In this document: positions 1 through 10,653 of the stretch, piece after piece
Position numbering within the stretch: position 1 is the first letter of the stretch
Layout: each line of letters starts with the position of its first letter
NCBI GenBank assembly: GCA_963734495.1
Contig: CAVTHK010000007.1
Location: 352,001 to 416,000 of the forward strand
Reading direction: 5' to 3'
DNA length: 64,000 nucleotides
DNA from: an uncultured Spirochaetota bacterium
GTDB taxonomy: Bacteria; Spirochaetota; Spirochaetia; SZUA-6; CAVTHK01
Program-made: the position numbers and the translations under genes
Notes under the pieces: model-generated
Told to the model about the DNA's origin: nothing
Database searches by the model: none
What the model saw: only the letters and a program-made list of their open reading frames with translations

Positions 1-1981
1 CAGCGCCCTCCCCGCCGCCCCCGCAAGCCCGGCCATGCCGTACGCGAGCGCCGCCAGCGCGCACGCCGCCGGGAACCAGTCGCCGGCGCGGCTGTAGAGC
101 GTGGGCGGCCCGGAGTCGATCCGCACGTCGGCAATCAGGTAGTCTTCAACGTACTGGGGCAGTTTCGCCATGATGCGCCCCGAAGCGTCCAACTGCGCCG
201 TCACTCCCGACGCCGTCGCGCACAGCAGCGGCCTGCGGTTTTCGACCGAACGGAAGACGGCAGCGGCAAAGTGCTGCTGCGCCTCCACGGGCGTGAGGGA
301 CCAGTAGTCGTTCGACAAGTTCACGATCACATCGGCGCCGGCGAGCACGAAGCGCCGGATGTCGTCGGGAAAGATGTCCTCGAAGCAGATCGGCGTGGCG
401 AAGCGGAACCCCGGAAAGGAGAACACCGTGCGTTCGGCCCCCGGCTCCCAGAGCGTCACGTCGAACGAGATCAGCAGCTTGTAGACGCCGGGGAGGAGAT
501 CCCGGAACGGGAAATACTCGGTGAACGGCACGAGCCGCACCTTGTGGTAGGTCTCGCGCCGCGCCCCGCGGTCGTCAAAGAGCACGGCGGCGTTGAACTC
601 CTCGCGCACTTCCTCGCCGTTTTTTTTGATCGAGATGCTGTAGTCGTCGTTGCCGGTCACGAGCCAGCGCTTCAGCCCGGCCTGGTAGTCGCGGAACCGG
701 CGCACGAGCCTGATGAGCGCGGCTTCGGACTCGGGCGTGTCCGGCCCGATCTCGGTCGATCCCCAGCGGCGGATGTTGGGCACGAATGCGGTCTCCGACC
801 AGACCACCAGGCCCGGATCGGAGGCCATGGCCGCGTCGGTGAGGCGCACGAGCGAATCGAACGTGACGTTGTAATCGTAGCGGCGGGGGTCGGAGTTCTG
901 CTGCACGAGGGCGACGCGCACGGTGCGGGCCGCGGCCCCGGCCCCGGCCGCGGCCGGCGGCCGCGTGGCGGCGACCAGGCCCGCGCCTGCCCACAGCAGC
1001 ACGGCGACCGCGGCCGCCGCGACCGGCCGAAGCGCCGAGGCGCGCGGGAGCCGCGGGGGGCGGCGCAGCAGGGGCGCGGCCGCTTCGGCCAGCGCCGCGT
1101 TCGCCAGCAGCAGCACGAAGCTCAGGCCCCACACCCCCGTCCACGACGTCGCCTGCAGCAGCACGTGCTCGGCGTACTGCGAATGCGCCGCGAGGCCCCA
1201 GGGAAAGCCGAGGTAGCCCAGCGAGCGCAGCCACTCGAACGCCGTCCACGCCAGCGCGAACGCGAGCCAGCGCACGCGCGGGACGCCCTTGAGCAGGCCG
1301 ACGAGCGGGAAGGCGAACAGCAGGTAATAGAGCGTGAGGATGAGCATCGCCACCTGGAGCGAGATGAGGCTGAAGGTCCCCAGCCAGTACTGCCCGGCGA
1401 GCGAAACGAACGCCCCGTAAGCGGCGACGGTGAACACGCCCCGCGCGTAGCCCGAGCGGTGCAGCGAGAGCAGCAGCGGCACGAACGAGAGCCACCCCAG
1501 CGCGGGGATGCCCTGCAGGTGCACGAACGACGGCTGCGCGAGCGCGCTCAGGCCGGCCGACGCCAGGGCGGCCGCCAGCGAGAAGCGGCCGCGGCCAACG
1601 CGCGTGACGGCGTATCCCCAGAGCCCCGCGGCCAGCAGGGGAGCGCAGCGCGCAAACGCCGACAGGCGCTCGCGCCGCGTGTCCGACGGCCAGCCAGAGC
1701 GTGCCGCTGCCGCGCGCGAACCGCTGCACGTAGTCGATGTTGGCGTTCAGCGCGTATACGTAGAGAAAGAGGAAGTAGAGGAGCGAGAGCGCGAGCAGGA
1801 CCTCGGTCGTGAGAACGACGCCGGGCCGCCGGGACTCGGGGCGCGCCGCGCGCAGCGCGCCCCACACCGCGTGGAGCACGCCCAGCGCGGCCAGGCCGAA
1901 GTCGGCGCGCGGGCCGGCAATGCCGACCACCGCGACGAGGAGTCCGGCGGCCAGGTAGGCGACTGCGGCCGCGCGCCCCAC
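1..1981 (-). CDS. lnt: Apolipoprotein N-acyltransferase; 3' end runs off the left edge; apparent frameshift near 1690
   Basis: Manual minus-strand translation shows multiple TM segments, then VQQN, VWSETAF, YHKVRLVPFTE, TPICFED, NLSNDYW, RSVENRR (nitrilase E-K-C triad of Lnt). Confidence 0.85.
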
Positions 1982-2024
1982 GATCCCTCCGGCGAGCTGC
2001 GGCTCGGCCGGGGAACGGCGACTG

Positions 2025-4720
2025 CTACGCCGTTCCCTGGTACGCCGCCTTGCCCTGCTGCTTGCGTGCCCTGAGCACCGCCTGCGCTGCGGACAGCCGC
2101 GCGACCGGCACCCGGTAAGGCGAGCAGGAAACGTAGTTCATGCCCACCGTGTAGCAGAACTCGATCGACGACGGGTCCCCGCCGTGCTCGCCGCAGATCC
2201 CGACCTTGATGTCCGGGCGACCGCTGCGGCCCTTCTTCACGCCCACGTCGACAAGCTGGCCGACGCCTTCGCGGTCGAGCTCCTGGAACGGGTCCTTCTC
2301 GAGGATGCCCTGCGCGAGGTAGTCCGGGAGGAAGCTCCCGATGTCGTCGCGGGAGAAGCCGAACGTCATCTGCGTGAGGTCGTTCGTGCCGAACGAGAAG
2401 AACTCGGCCACCTTCGCGATCTTGTCCGCGGTCAGCGCCGCGCGGGGCAGCTCGATCATCGTCCCGATGGTGTACTTGACCCTGGTCTTCGTCTTCGCGA
2501 ACACGGCCTCGCAGACCCGCTCGGCGTTCTTGCGCAGGATCTCCAGCTCGGCGGTCATGCCGACGAGGGGGATCATGATCTCGGGCAGGACCTCGACGCC
2601 AGCTTTGGCCAGCTCGCACGCCGCGGTCATGATGGCCTCGACCTGCATGTCGTAGACTTCGGGGTACGTGATGCCGAGGCGGCAGCCGCGGTGTCCGAGC
2701 ATCGGGTTGAGCTCGTGCAGCGAGTCGATGCGCGCCTTGAGCTGAGCCAGGGGCACCCCGGTCTTCTCCGCCATCGCCTTGGTTTCCGGGGCGGTCTTGG
2801 GGACGAACTCGTGCAGCGGCGGGTCGAGGAGCCGGATCGTCACGGGCAGGCCCGCCATCTCTTTGAAGATGCCTTTGAAGTCGGCCTTCTGCAGGTTGCC
2901 GAGCTTCTTGAGCACCTTGCGCCTCGCCTCGACGCCGTCGGCGACGATCATCTCCTGGAACAGGTCGAGCTTGCCGGCGTCGAAGAACATGTGCTCGGTG
3001 CGGGTGAGCCCGACGCCTTCGGCGCCGAACTCCCGGGCGACCCTGGCGTCGCGCGGAAGGTCCGCGTTGGTGCGGACGCGAAAGCCCTTGTCCTTGATGC
3101 CGTCACGCACGGCCGAGAGGCGCACTTCGTCCGCCCACTCGAGCAGCGTCTTGAAGTCTCCGGCGATCTTCGGCTTGACGAGCGCGACCTGCCCCGTGAA
3201 CACCTCGCCGGTGGTCCCGTCGATCGTGAGCCAGTCGCCTTCCTTGTACTTCTTGTCCTGGATGGTCGCGATCTTGCCCTGGATGCTCACCGCCTTGCAG
3301 CCCACGACGCACGGCGTGCCCATGCCGCGGCCGACGACCGCGGCGTGGCTGGTCATGCCGCCGGTCGAGGTGAGGATGCCCTGGGAAGCGCTCATGCCGC
3401 CGATGTCCTCGGGCGAGGTCTCGCGACGCAGGAGCAGCACCTTCTTGCCCTGCTTGGCCCACTTCTCGGCTTCGGCCGCGTCAAAGACGATCTGGCCGCT
3501 CGCCGCGCCGGGCGAGGCGTTCAGGCCCTTGGCGATCGGCTTGAGGGCGCGGCGCGCCTTGGGGTCGATCATCGGGTGCAGGAGCTGGTCGAGCTGGTCC
3601 GGGCTCGACGCGCAGGAGCGCCTCCTCCTTGCTGATGACCCCTTCCTTGACCATGTCGACCGCGACCCTGACCGCGGCGAGCCCGGTGCGCTTGCCGTTC
3701 CTGGTCTGCAGCATGTAGAGCTTGCCCTGCTGGATGGTGAACTCCATGTCCTGCATGTCGCGGTAGTGCGACTCCAGGTGCCTGCGGAAGCCCTCGAGCT
3801 GGTCGTAGGCCTGCGGCTGCTTCTTGCGCAGGTTGGTGATGGTCAGCGGCGTGCGGATGCCCGCCACCACGTCCTCGCCCTGCGCGTTCATCAGGAACTC
3901 GCCGTAGAAGATGTTCTCGCCGGTGGACGGGTCGCGGGTGAAGCAGACGCCGGTGCCCGGAGTCGTTGCCGAAGTTGCCGAACACCATCGTCTGGACGTT
4001 GACGGCCGTGCCGAGGAGCCCCTTGATGCTGTTCAGCTCCCGGTACTTGATGGCGCGCTCGTTGTTCCACGACCCGAAGACCGCGTCGATGGCGCCCCAG
4101 AGCTGGGTCATCGGGTCGGTCGGGAACTCCTCTTTCGTGTGCTTCTTGAACACGCCGCGGTAGAGCGCCACGACCTTCTTGAGGTCCTCCGCGTCGAGCT
4201 CGGTGTCCTCTTCGACGCCCTTGGCCTTCTTGACCGACTGCAGCGCCTCTTCGAAGGCGTGATGCTCGACGCCCCGCACGACGTCGCCGTACATCTGCAT
4301 GAAGCGCCGGAACGCGTCCCAGGCGAAGCGCGGGTTGCCGGTCTTCCGGATGAGCCCCTCGACGACCTGGTCGTTGATGCCGAGGTTGAGCACGGTGTCC
4401 ATCATTCCGGGCATGGAGGCCGCGGCGCCGGAGCGGACGGACACCAGCAGCGGGTTCGAGGGATCGCCGAACTTCATCCCGGTGACGCGCTCGACGCGCC
4501 GCAGGTTCTCCACGACCTCTGTGCGCAGCTCGGCCGGGTACTGGTTGCCGTTCTTGTAGTAGTAGTCGCAGACCTCAGTAGAGATCGTAAACCCGGGCGG
4601 GACCGGAATGCCGAGGTTCGTCATCTCCGCCAGGTTTGCGCCTTTTCCGCCGAGCAGGTTTTTCATGTCGGCCCGACCTTCGGCTTTGCCTTCGCCGAAG
4701 AAATACACGTAGCGACCCAT
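2025..4720 (-). CDS. ppdK: Pyruvate phosphate dikinase, split by two apparent frameshifts (~3957, ~3600)
   Basis: [74 protein letters not shown] at 4720 with AGGAGG upstream. Confidence 0.95.
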
Positions 4721-4826
4721 GGATTGCCTCCTGAAGAATGCGGGACGCGCTGCAAATGACCGAGAAAAGGGGACCGAAAAGCGCCTTGAGTCCCGGGTCG
4801 GGGCCGAAGGCCTCGAACCGGGCCCG

Positions 4827-4855
4827 ACTCTAACGAACCGGGGCGGGCCTGTCAA
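4827..4855 (-). promoter_or_regulatory. Sigma-70-type promoter of ppdK
   Basis: TTGACA-17 bp-TAGAGT on the minus strand, ~105 nt upstream of the ATG. Confidence 0.6.
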
Positions 4856-4940
4856 CCTAACCATGGTGTCAGACAGGGTCTGACAGGGGGTTAGGCCACG
4901 CCTGACGCACACCTCAAGCAGCCTGTCACGTGCCACAGGC

Positions 4941-4974
4941 AACAGAAGAGCCCTCGTTTCCGAGGGCTCTTCTG
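4941..4974 (-). terminator. Intrinsic terminator of the sigma factor gene
   Basis: Perfect 14-bp stem CAGAAGAGCCCTCG/CGAGGGCTCTTCTG, GAAA loop on the minus strand, T-rich tail. Confidence 0.7.
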
Positions 4975-5027
4975 CTGCCCGGCGGGGAGCTGTCGCCCCC
5001 TGTCGGCAGCCGGACGCGGCATCGTGA

Positions 5028-5897
5028 CTACGAGACGTACGCCTCGAGGTACTGCGAGCGCGACGGGTGCTGAAGTCTCTTGATCGCCTTCTTCTCGATC
5101 TGCCGGATCCGCTCCTTGGTCAGCTTGAACTTGTCGCCGACTTCCTTGAGCGACATCGGGATTCTCCCGTTGAGCCCGAAGCGGTACTGGATGATCTCCG
5201 CTTCCTTCTGGGACAGCGAGCGGAGGACGCTGTTGATCTCGCGCTGCAGCGACCGCTCGATGACCACCTCGTCGGGCGACTTGTAGTCGGAGTCCTCCAC
5301 GAACTCGCCGAGCAGCGTGGAGTCCTTTTCCGCGAACACGGGGGTGTCGAGCGACACCAGGTCGCGCGATATGTTGACCAGCGACTCGACGTGCTTGGCG
5401 TCCATGTCCAGGAAGCGCGCGATGTCCTCGGTCTCCGGCTCGCGGCCCTTCATGTTCTGGAGCTCTTTGCGCGCCTTCTCGATCTGGACGAGCTCGTTCG
5501 CCCTGTTGAGGGGAAGCCGGATCATCCGGGACTTCTCGCAGATCGCCTTGAGGATCGCCTGCCGGATCCACCACACCGCGTAGGAGATAAAGTGATAACC
5601 CCTGTTGACGTCGTACTTCTCAATGGCGTTCATCAGGCCGATGTTGCCCTCGCTGATGAGATCCATCAGAGGCAGGCCCTGGTTCTGGTATTTCTTGGCC
5701 ACGTTCACGACAAAGCGAAGGTTGGCTTTGATCAGCCTCTCCTTCGACCTCTTGTCGCCTTTGGCGGCCGCCCTGGCGCACGTGTCTTCCTGCTCCCTGT
5801 TGAGCAGCGGGATGGCGTTGATCTCGGCGAGGTACATGGAAAGGACGTTCTCATCCCTCCCGGCCTTCGCGATACCAGCGGCTCGAGTAGACTTCAT
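5028..5897 (-). CDS. Sigma-70 family RNA polymerase sigma factor lacking region 1.1 (RpoD/RpoS-like alternative sigma)
   Basis: [67 protein letters not shown]. Confidence 0.92.
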   Translation of the reverse strand: MKSTRAAGIAKAGRDENVLSMYLAEINAIPLLNREQEDTCARAAAKGDKRSKERLIKANLRFVVNVAKKYQNQGLPLMDLISEGNIGLMNAIEKYDVNRGYHFISYAVWWIRQAILKAICEKSRMIRLPLNRANELVQIEKARKELQNMKGREPETEDIARFLDMDAKHVESLVNISRDLVSLDTPVFAEKDSTLLGEFVEDSDYKSPDEVVIERSLQREINSVLRSLSQKEAEIIQYRFGLNGRIPMSLKEVGDKFKLTKERIRQIEKKAIKRLQHPSRSQYLEAYVS

Positions 5898-5922
5898 CCC
5901 TACCTCCGTTAGCGTCTACAAA

Positions 5923-5938
5923 TACAAGAAGTATGCCA
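5923..5938 (-). promoter_or_regulatory. Sigma-54 (-24/-12) type promoter upstream of the sigma factor gene
   Basis: TGGCATACTTCTTGTA vs consensus TGGCACGNNNNTTGCW; GG-N10-G spacing correct; predicted start ~5912, just before the RBS. Confidence 0.6.
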
Positions 5939-6069
5939 CGCCTAAAAGTCACCCGTTGAGTAACTTCTTTATAGATAAGAAGTAAGAAAGAGTAGAATGA
6001 AGGCTTTCAGCGGCTTTTTCGAAATCGTATCAGAATGACACATTCAGCGACGAGTGCGTCAATCCTGTG

Positions 6070-6732
6070 TCAAAACTCCCCAATCCGGACTGCGCTCAGC
6101 CTGCCGCAGCATGACATGAAGCGCAGCCCGCTGCCGCAGGGGCAGCGATCCGCGAGCGCCACGCGCCGTTTTCGCCGGAAATCCACCGGAATCACCACTC
6201 CGGGCGCCTCGTCCGGCAGCCGGTAGGGAAAGACGATCTCGACCGCCCGGAACAGGCTCTCCTTCTCGTCCGGAACGCGCCCCTCGAGGACCTCGGAGGC
6301 GCGGATCGCCCGCCAGTACTCGAACACGAGGTCCCGCACCATGTCCCGTTCGGCGGGGCTGCTGAACCGGCCGTTCTTCTTGGTGGCCAGGTAACGATCG
6401 AGCTGGATGGAGAGGAACGCCTTCCAGTCGTCCAGATCTCCGTTCGTCTGGCGCGCCATGCCGTAGCAGTTTGCGTACCTCTGCAGCATCTTCAGGGCGT
6501 AGGTGCCGCTCTTGAGCCGATGCGCCGCCCGCCAGCTGTCGATCGCGGAGCCCTTGTCGCCCAGGCGCATCAGGGCGATCCCCAGATAATAGAGCAGGCG
6601 CGCAAGCGTCTTCTCGTCCGTGACCGGACACTTGTCCACCGCCTTGCGGAAAAGTCCGAGTGCCCCGCCGGCATTGTGACGCGACAGCTCGCGCAGGGCC
6701 CGCTTGCTGTCGTGGTCGCTGCATGCGCCCAT
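6070..6732 (-). CDS. TPR-like protein with C-terminal SEC-C zinc-binding motif
   Basis: LLYYLGIALMRLG TPR-like helices; C-terminal CPCGSGLRFMSCCG; ATG 8 nt after TTGTCG-18-TAACTT. Confidence 0.7.
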   Translation of the reverse strand: MGACSDHDSKRALRELSRHNAGGALGLFRKAVDKCPVTDEKTLARLLYYLGIALMRLGDKGSAIDSWRAAHRLKSGTYALKMLQRYANCYGMARQTNGDLDDWKAFLSIQLDRYLATKKNGRFSSPAERDMVRDLVFEYWRAIRASEVLEGRVPDEKESLFRAVEIVFPYRLPDEAPGVVIPVDFRRKRRVALADRCPCGSGLRFMSCCGRLSAVRIGEF

Positions 6733-6854
6733 TGCAGTGGAAGTTAACACAAGGCCTCTGCGCCCGACAAATCGAGGTTACGCCTGCTCAGGCCCGCGGG
6801 CGCGCGGCGGCCATGGCTGCTGCCACCCCCGGCACCTCGGCACCTCCATGTGCC

Positions 6855-6884
6855 TTGACACGCGCGCGGCTGTCTCCCTATATT
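6855..6884 (+). promoter_or_regulatory. Sigma-70-type promoter of groES
   Basis: TTGACA-18 bp-TATATT. Confidence 0.6.
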
Positions 6885-6939
6885 CAGCTTACTTTCGTTA
6901 ACATAACCCAATACGAAGCATTAAAGGCAGGAGGATCGT

Positions 6940-7209
6940 ATGAAGATCAAGCCCCTCGGTGATCGTGTGCTGATCAAGATCCAGCAGGGCGAGCAGAAGA
7001 CAGCGGGCGGGATCTACATTCCGCAAACTGCGCAGGAAAAGACCCAGGAAGGGATCGTGCTCGCGGTCGGCGACGACAAGGATGCGATCAAGGTCAAGGT
7101 CAAGGATCACGTGATCTACGACAAGTACGCCGGCACGACGATCAAGGTCGAGGGCGAAGAGCAGCTCGTCCTCAAGTCGAGCGACATCCTGGCGGTCATC
7201 GAGAAGTAG
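6940..7209 (+). CDS. groES: Co-chaperonin GroES (no adjacent groEL)
   Basis: IKPLGDRVLI, TAGGIYIP, KYAGT, DILAVIE; AGGAGG RBS. Confidence 0.97.
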   Translation: MKIKPLGDRVLIKIQQGEQKTAGGIYIPQTAQEKTQEGIVLAVGDDKDAIKVKVKDHVIYDKYAGTTIKVEGEEQLVLKSSDILAVIEK

Positions 7210-7229
7210 GCTCGGGCGCAATCGATGAT

Positions 7230-7257
7230 GAGCGGGGCCGGGCCCCGCTCTTTTTTT
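7230..7257 (+). terminator. Intrinsic terminator after groES
   Basis: GAGCGGGGC-CGG-GCCCCGCTC followed by T7. Confidence 0.85.
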
Positions 7258-7265
7258 GCGCCGCG

Positions 7266-9704
7266 TCACTTGAGGCTCGCGAGGAACTCCCCCATCGAGC
7301 GCAGGACCATCGCGCTGCTGCCGATCGCGACGGCCGTGGGAGGCAGCGACTCGAGAAACGCGCGCCCGTACGCGCGCTTGACGACGCGCGTGTCGAGGAT
7401 CAGCACCACGCCGCCGTCGCTCGAGCGCCGCATCAGCCTCCCGAAGCCCTGCCGCAGGCGCACCACCGCGTCGGGGAGCGCGAGCTGGGCAAATGCGTTC
7501 CCGCCCCGGCGCTCGAGCGCCTCCATGCGCGCCTTCATCACCGGGTCCGAGGGCACGCGGAACGGCAGCCGGCAGATGACGAGCACCTGAAGCGCCTCGC
7601 CCGGCGTGTCCACGCCCTGCCAGAAGGAATCCGTCGCGAAGAGCACGCTGCTCACGTCGTCCCGGAAACGCCGGAGCAGCCGCGACCGGTCGTCCTGGCC
7701 CTGCCGCAGCGCTTCGATGCCCCGCGCGGCGAGGCGCGGCGCCACGCCCTCGTATACCTGCTCCAGGGCGGCATACGAAGTGAAAAGAACCAGCGCGCTT
7801 CCGCCCGAGATCTCGAGCGCCTCCCCCACCACTTCCACCAGGCCCGCCTCGAATCCCTGGTCGTTGGGGGCGGGCAGGTCCGTCGGAACTCCCAGCAAGA
7901 CGCGCTCTTTATAGGGAAAAGGTGAAGGGAAAACGCCCCTCAGCGCCTCCGCGTCCAGCCCGATCCGCTTCTGCCAGTAGCTGAACTCGCCGCCCACCGT
8001 GAGCGTCGCGGACGTGAACACGATCGTCTCGTAGGGCTGGAAGAGCGCCTCGCGCATCAGCGGGGCGATCTCCAGGGGCGTGAGCGAGAAGCGCACGTAG
8101 CGCTCGCCGCGGCCGCCCCGCGCCAGCTCGATCCAGGCGATCAGCTCGCGCTGCTCCCGGTACTCGGCGAACCGGCCGCAGACGCGGATGATCTCGCGGA
8201 TGCGGCGCGTCACCATGCGCGCCTCGGCGATCGTGAAGTCCTCGGGGTCCGCCGTGTCGATGCTCTCCACGACGCGCTCGACGAGCCCCACCAGGCCGAG
8301 CAGCGCGGTCTCCAGCTCGCGCAGCGGCTCCCACAGCGCCCGCTCGAGCCCGTCCGCCGGCAGGTCGCGCACCAGCAGCGCGCTCTCCGCGGCGAGCAGC
8401 GGCTGAGCGAGGCTGTCGAGGATCTCCGCGCGGTCGAGGGCATCCTGGACGGCCGCGGGTATCTTCGCCGCCGCGTCCCTCAGGTCTCCCTCGGCCAGGC
8501 GCTCGAGCGCGAGCGCCAGCCCCAGCCTGCGGCCCTTGCGGCGGCGGAACAGCCGTCCGCAGTACCGGTGCACCGCGAAGCGGTGGAACGACTCGGAGAA
8601 AAAGGAGGTGGCGCTCTCCTCGATGGCGTGCGCCTCGTCGAACACGATGCGGTGGAAGGGCGGGAGCACCGCGGAGGTGTCGTAGCCCACTCCGGCCAGG
8701 CGCGCGGAGAGGTCGGAGAACAGCAGGTGATGATTGACGAGAAGAAGGCGGGCCGCGGCGGCCTCGCGCCGCACCCGGTGCACGAAACAGCCCTCGCGGA
8801 GGGAGCAGCGCATGCCGTGGCAGAGGTCCGCTTCGGAGCACACGCGCGACCAGACCGACTCGGCGGGGTTGAACAGCAGGTCGCTGCGGCTTCCGCTGGT
8901 GGTCGTCGCCGCCCAATCGGCGATCGCGGCGAGCTCGCGGGATTCGCCGGCGTCCAGGCCTTCTTCTTCATCCAGGGCTTCCCTGAGCCTCTTGGGACAG
9001 ACGTAGTTGCGCCTGCCCTTGACCAGGACCACCGGGACGTCGACGCCTAACAGCTGCTTGACGAGCGGGATGTCCTTGTCCAGCAGCTGCTGCTGCAGGT
9101 TGATGGTCGAGGTGGAGACCACGACGCGCTCGTCGTTGCCCGCCGCCCACTGCAGCGCCGGCAGCAGGTAGGCGAGCGACTTCCCGACTCCGGTGCCGGC
9201 CTCGGCCATGCACGGGGTCGCCTGGTTGAAGGCGCGCGCCACGAGGCGGAGCATCGCGACCTGCGTGGGCCGCGACTCGTACTCGGGGATCACCGCGGCG
9301 AGGCCGCCGCCCGGCTCGAGGACCGCCGCGAGGGAGTCGGCGTCGAGGAGCTGCAGCTCGCGCAGGGCCACGGGCTCCGCGACGACGTACACCTCCTCCA
9401 CTTCGTTGTCGACGATGAAGAAGCCGATCCCCTCCCCGCCGACGCGCGAGGCCACCGCCATGTCGGGCTCGCTCGGCGTGAGCCTTCCGGAGGGGTGGTT
9501 GTGGACGAGGACGTCGCCCTTCTCCAGGTAGGGCCTCAGCGCGGGGACCGAGGTCTCGTTGCCGCGGGCGGCCACGGCCACCGCCGCGACGAGGCCCTGC
9601 TCGTCGAGCCGGCCGACGGCGAACACCTCGTTGCCGCCGGCGTCGCGGATGGCATCCCGGAGCGCGACCGCCGCGAGAGCGGTGATCCGCTGCGAAGCCT
9701 TCAT
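7266..9704 (-). CDS. DinG/YoaA-family Fe-S helicase with N-terminal JAB/MPN (RadC-like) domain
   Basis: N-terminal HNHPSGxxxPSxPD; EAGTGVGKS, KGRRNYVC, Cys cluster, DEAH, TSATL, QGFGRLMR. Confidence 0.88.
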   Translation of the reverse strand: MKASQRITALAAVALRDAIRDAGGNEVFAVGRLDEQGLVAAVAVAARGNETSVPALRPYLEKGDVLVHNHPSGRLTPSEPDMAVASRVGGEGIGFFIVDNEVEEVYVVAEPVALRELQLLDADSLAAVLEPGGGLAAVIPEYESRPTQVAMLRLVARAFNQATPCMAEAGTGVGKSLAYLLPALQWAAGNDERVVVSTSTINLQQQLLDKDIPLVKQLLGVDVPVVLVKGRRNYVCPKRLREALDEEEGLDAGESRELAAIADWAATTTSGSRSDLLFNPAESVWSRVCSEADLCHGMRCSLREGCFVHRVRREAAAARLLLVNHHLLFSDLSARLAGVGYDTSAVLPPFHRIVFDEAHAIEESATSFFSESFHRFAVHRYCGRLFRRRKGRRLGLALALERLAEGDLRDAAAKIPAAVQDALDRAEILDSLAQPLLAAESALLVRDLPADGLERALWEPLRELETALLGLVGLVERVVESIDTADPEDFTIAEARMVTRRIREIIRVCGRFAEYREQRELIAWIELARGGRGERYVRFSLTPLEIAPLMREALFQPYETIVFTSATLTVGGEFSYWQKRIGLDAEALRGVFPSPFPYKERVLLGVPTDLPAPNDQGFEAGLVEVVGEALEISGGSALVLFTSYAALEQVYEGVAPRLAARGIEALRQGQDDRSRLLRRFRDDVSSVLFATDSFWQGVDTPGEALQVLVICRLPFRVPSDPVMKARMEALERRGGNAFAQLALPDAVVRLRQGFGRLMRRSSDGGVVLILDTRVVKRAYGRAFLESLPPTAVAIGSSAMVLRSMGEFLASLK

Positions 9705-10531
9705 AGCCGGGCGAGGACTCCGAATACGAGATCGGCAAAGCGCGCCGCGACACGTTTTCCCGTCTCGACGACTTCGGCGTGGCTGAGGGGCTGCTCGAGG
9801 ATGCCCGCGGCCATGTTGGTGACGCAGGAGATGCCGAGAACCTCGAGCCCGAGAAACCGCGCGGCGATCACCTCGGGCACGGTCGACATGCCCACGAGGT
9901 CCGCGCCCATGGCCCGCAGCATGCGGATCTCGGCGGGCGTCTCGTAGGTCGGGCCGCTGAAAGCCGCGTACACTCCCTCGGCGAGCCCGCCTCCCGACGC
10001 CGCCTGCGCCGCCTCGCGCAGGCGCCTGCTGTACGGCTCGCTCATGTCGGGGAATCGCGGCCCCAGCCCTTCGGCGAGCGGGCCGATCAGCGGGTTCGTG
10101 CCCATCAAATTGACGTGATCGCGGATCAGCACGAGATCGCCCGGAGAGTACGACGTGTTCACCGCGCCCGACGCATTGGTCACGATGAGCGTACGCGCGC
10201 CGAGACCCGCGGCGGTAAAGACTGGCAGCACGACGTCGTCGATGGAGTGGCCTTCATAGTAGTGGAAACGACCGGCGAGGACCGCGACGGCGAGGCGGCC
10301 TTTCGCCCCGTCGACCGTCCCTATGCGCAGCAGGCCGCGGTGGCCGGCCACGGTGGGCGCCGGGAAGCCGTCGACCTCGGCGTAGGGGACCGTGATCCCC
10401 TCGATGCGGTCGACGAGGTCGCCGAGGCCGGAGCCGAGCACCAGCGCCACTTCAGGGGCCCGCGCGCCCTTTACGCGGCGCTCGACCGATGCGACCGCCT
10501 GTGCGACGCGCGCCCCAAAGCCTGCTTTCAT
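9701..10531 (-). CDS. punA: Purine nucleoside phosphorylase (trimeric type)
   Basis: LGSGLG, GRFHYYEG, GPTYETPAE, VGMSTVPE, VTNMAAG, LSHAEV. Confidence 0.92.
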   Translation of the reverse strand: MKAGFGARVAQAVASVERRVKGARAPEVALVLGSGLGDLVDRIEGITVPYAEVDGFPAPTVAGHRGLLRIGTVDGAKGRLAVAVLAGRFHYYEGHSIDDVVLPVFTAAGLGARTLIVTNASGAVNTSYSPGDLVLIRDHVNLMGTNPLIGPLAEGLGPRFPDMSEPYSRRLREAAQAASGGGLAEGVYAAFSGPTYETPAEIRMLRAMGADLVGMSTVPEVIAARFLGLEVLGISCVTNMAAGILEQPLSHAEVVETGKRVAARFADLVFGVLARL

Positions 10532-10653
10532 CGCTCCCCCCGCCCGTCTCCTGACAGTAGTCACGCTGCGGGAGGCGAGTCAACGCCGGCAGAGGTGTGC
10601 CGCCGCGAGACCTGCGGCGCGGCTTCGGGCGCGCGACTCGTCGGACCCGGCGC

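Noticed and set aside
4920..4935. Second sigma-54-like motif TGGCACGTGACAGGCT upstream of ppdK (minus)
   Set aside because: The -12 element lacks TT, it lies in a small hairpin beside a terminator, and a good sigma-70 promoter already explains ppdK
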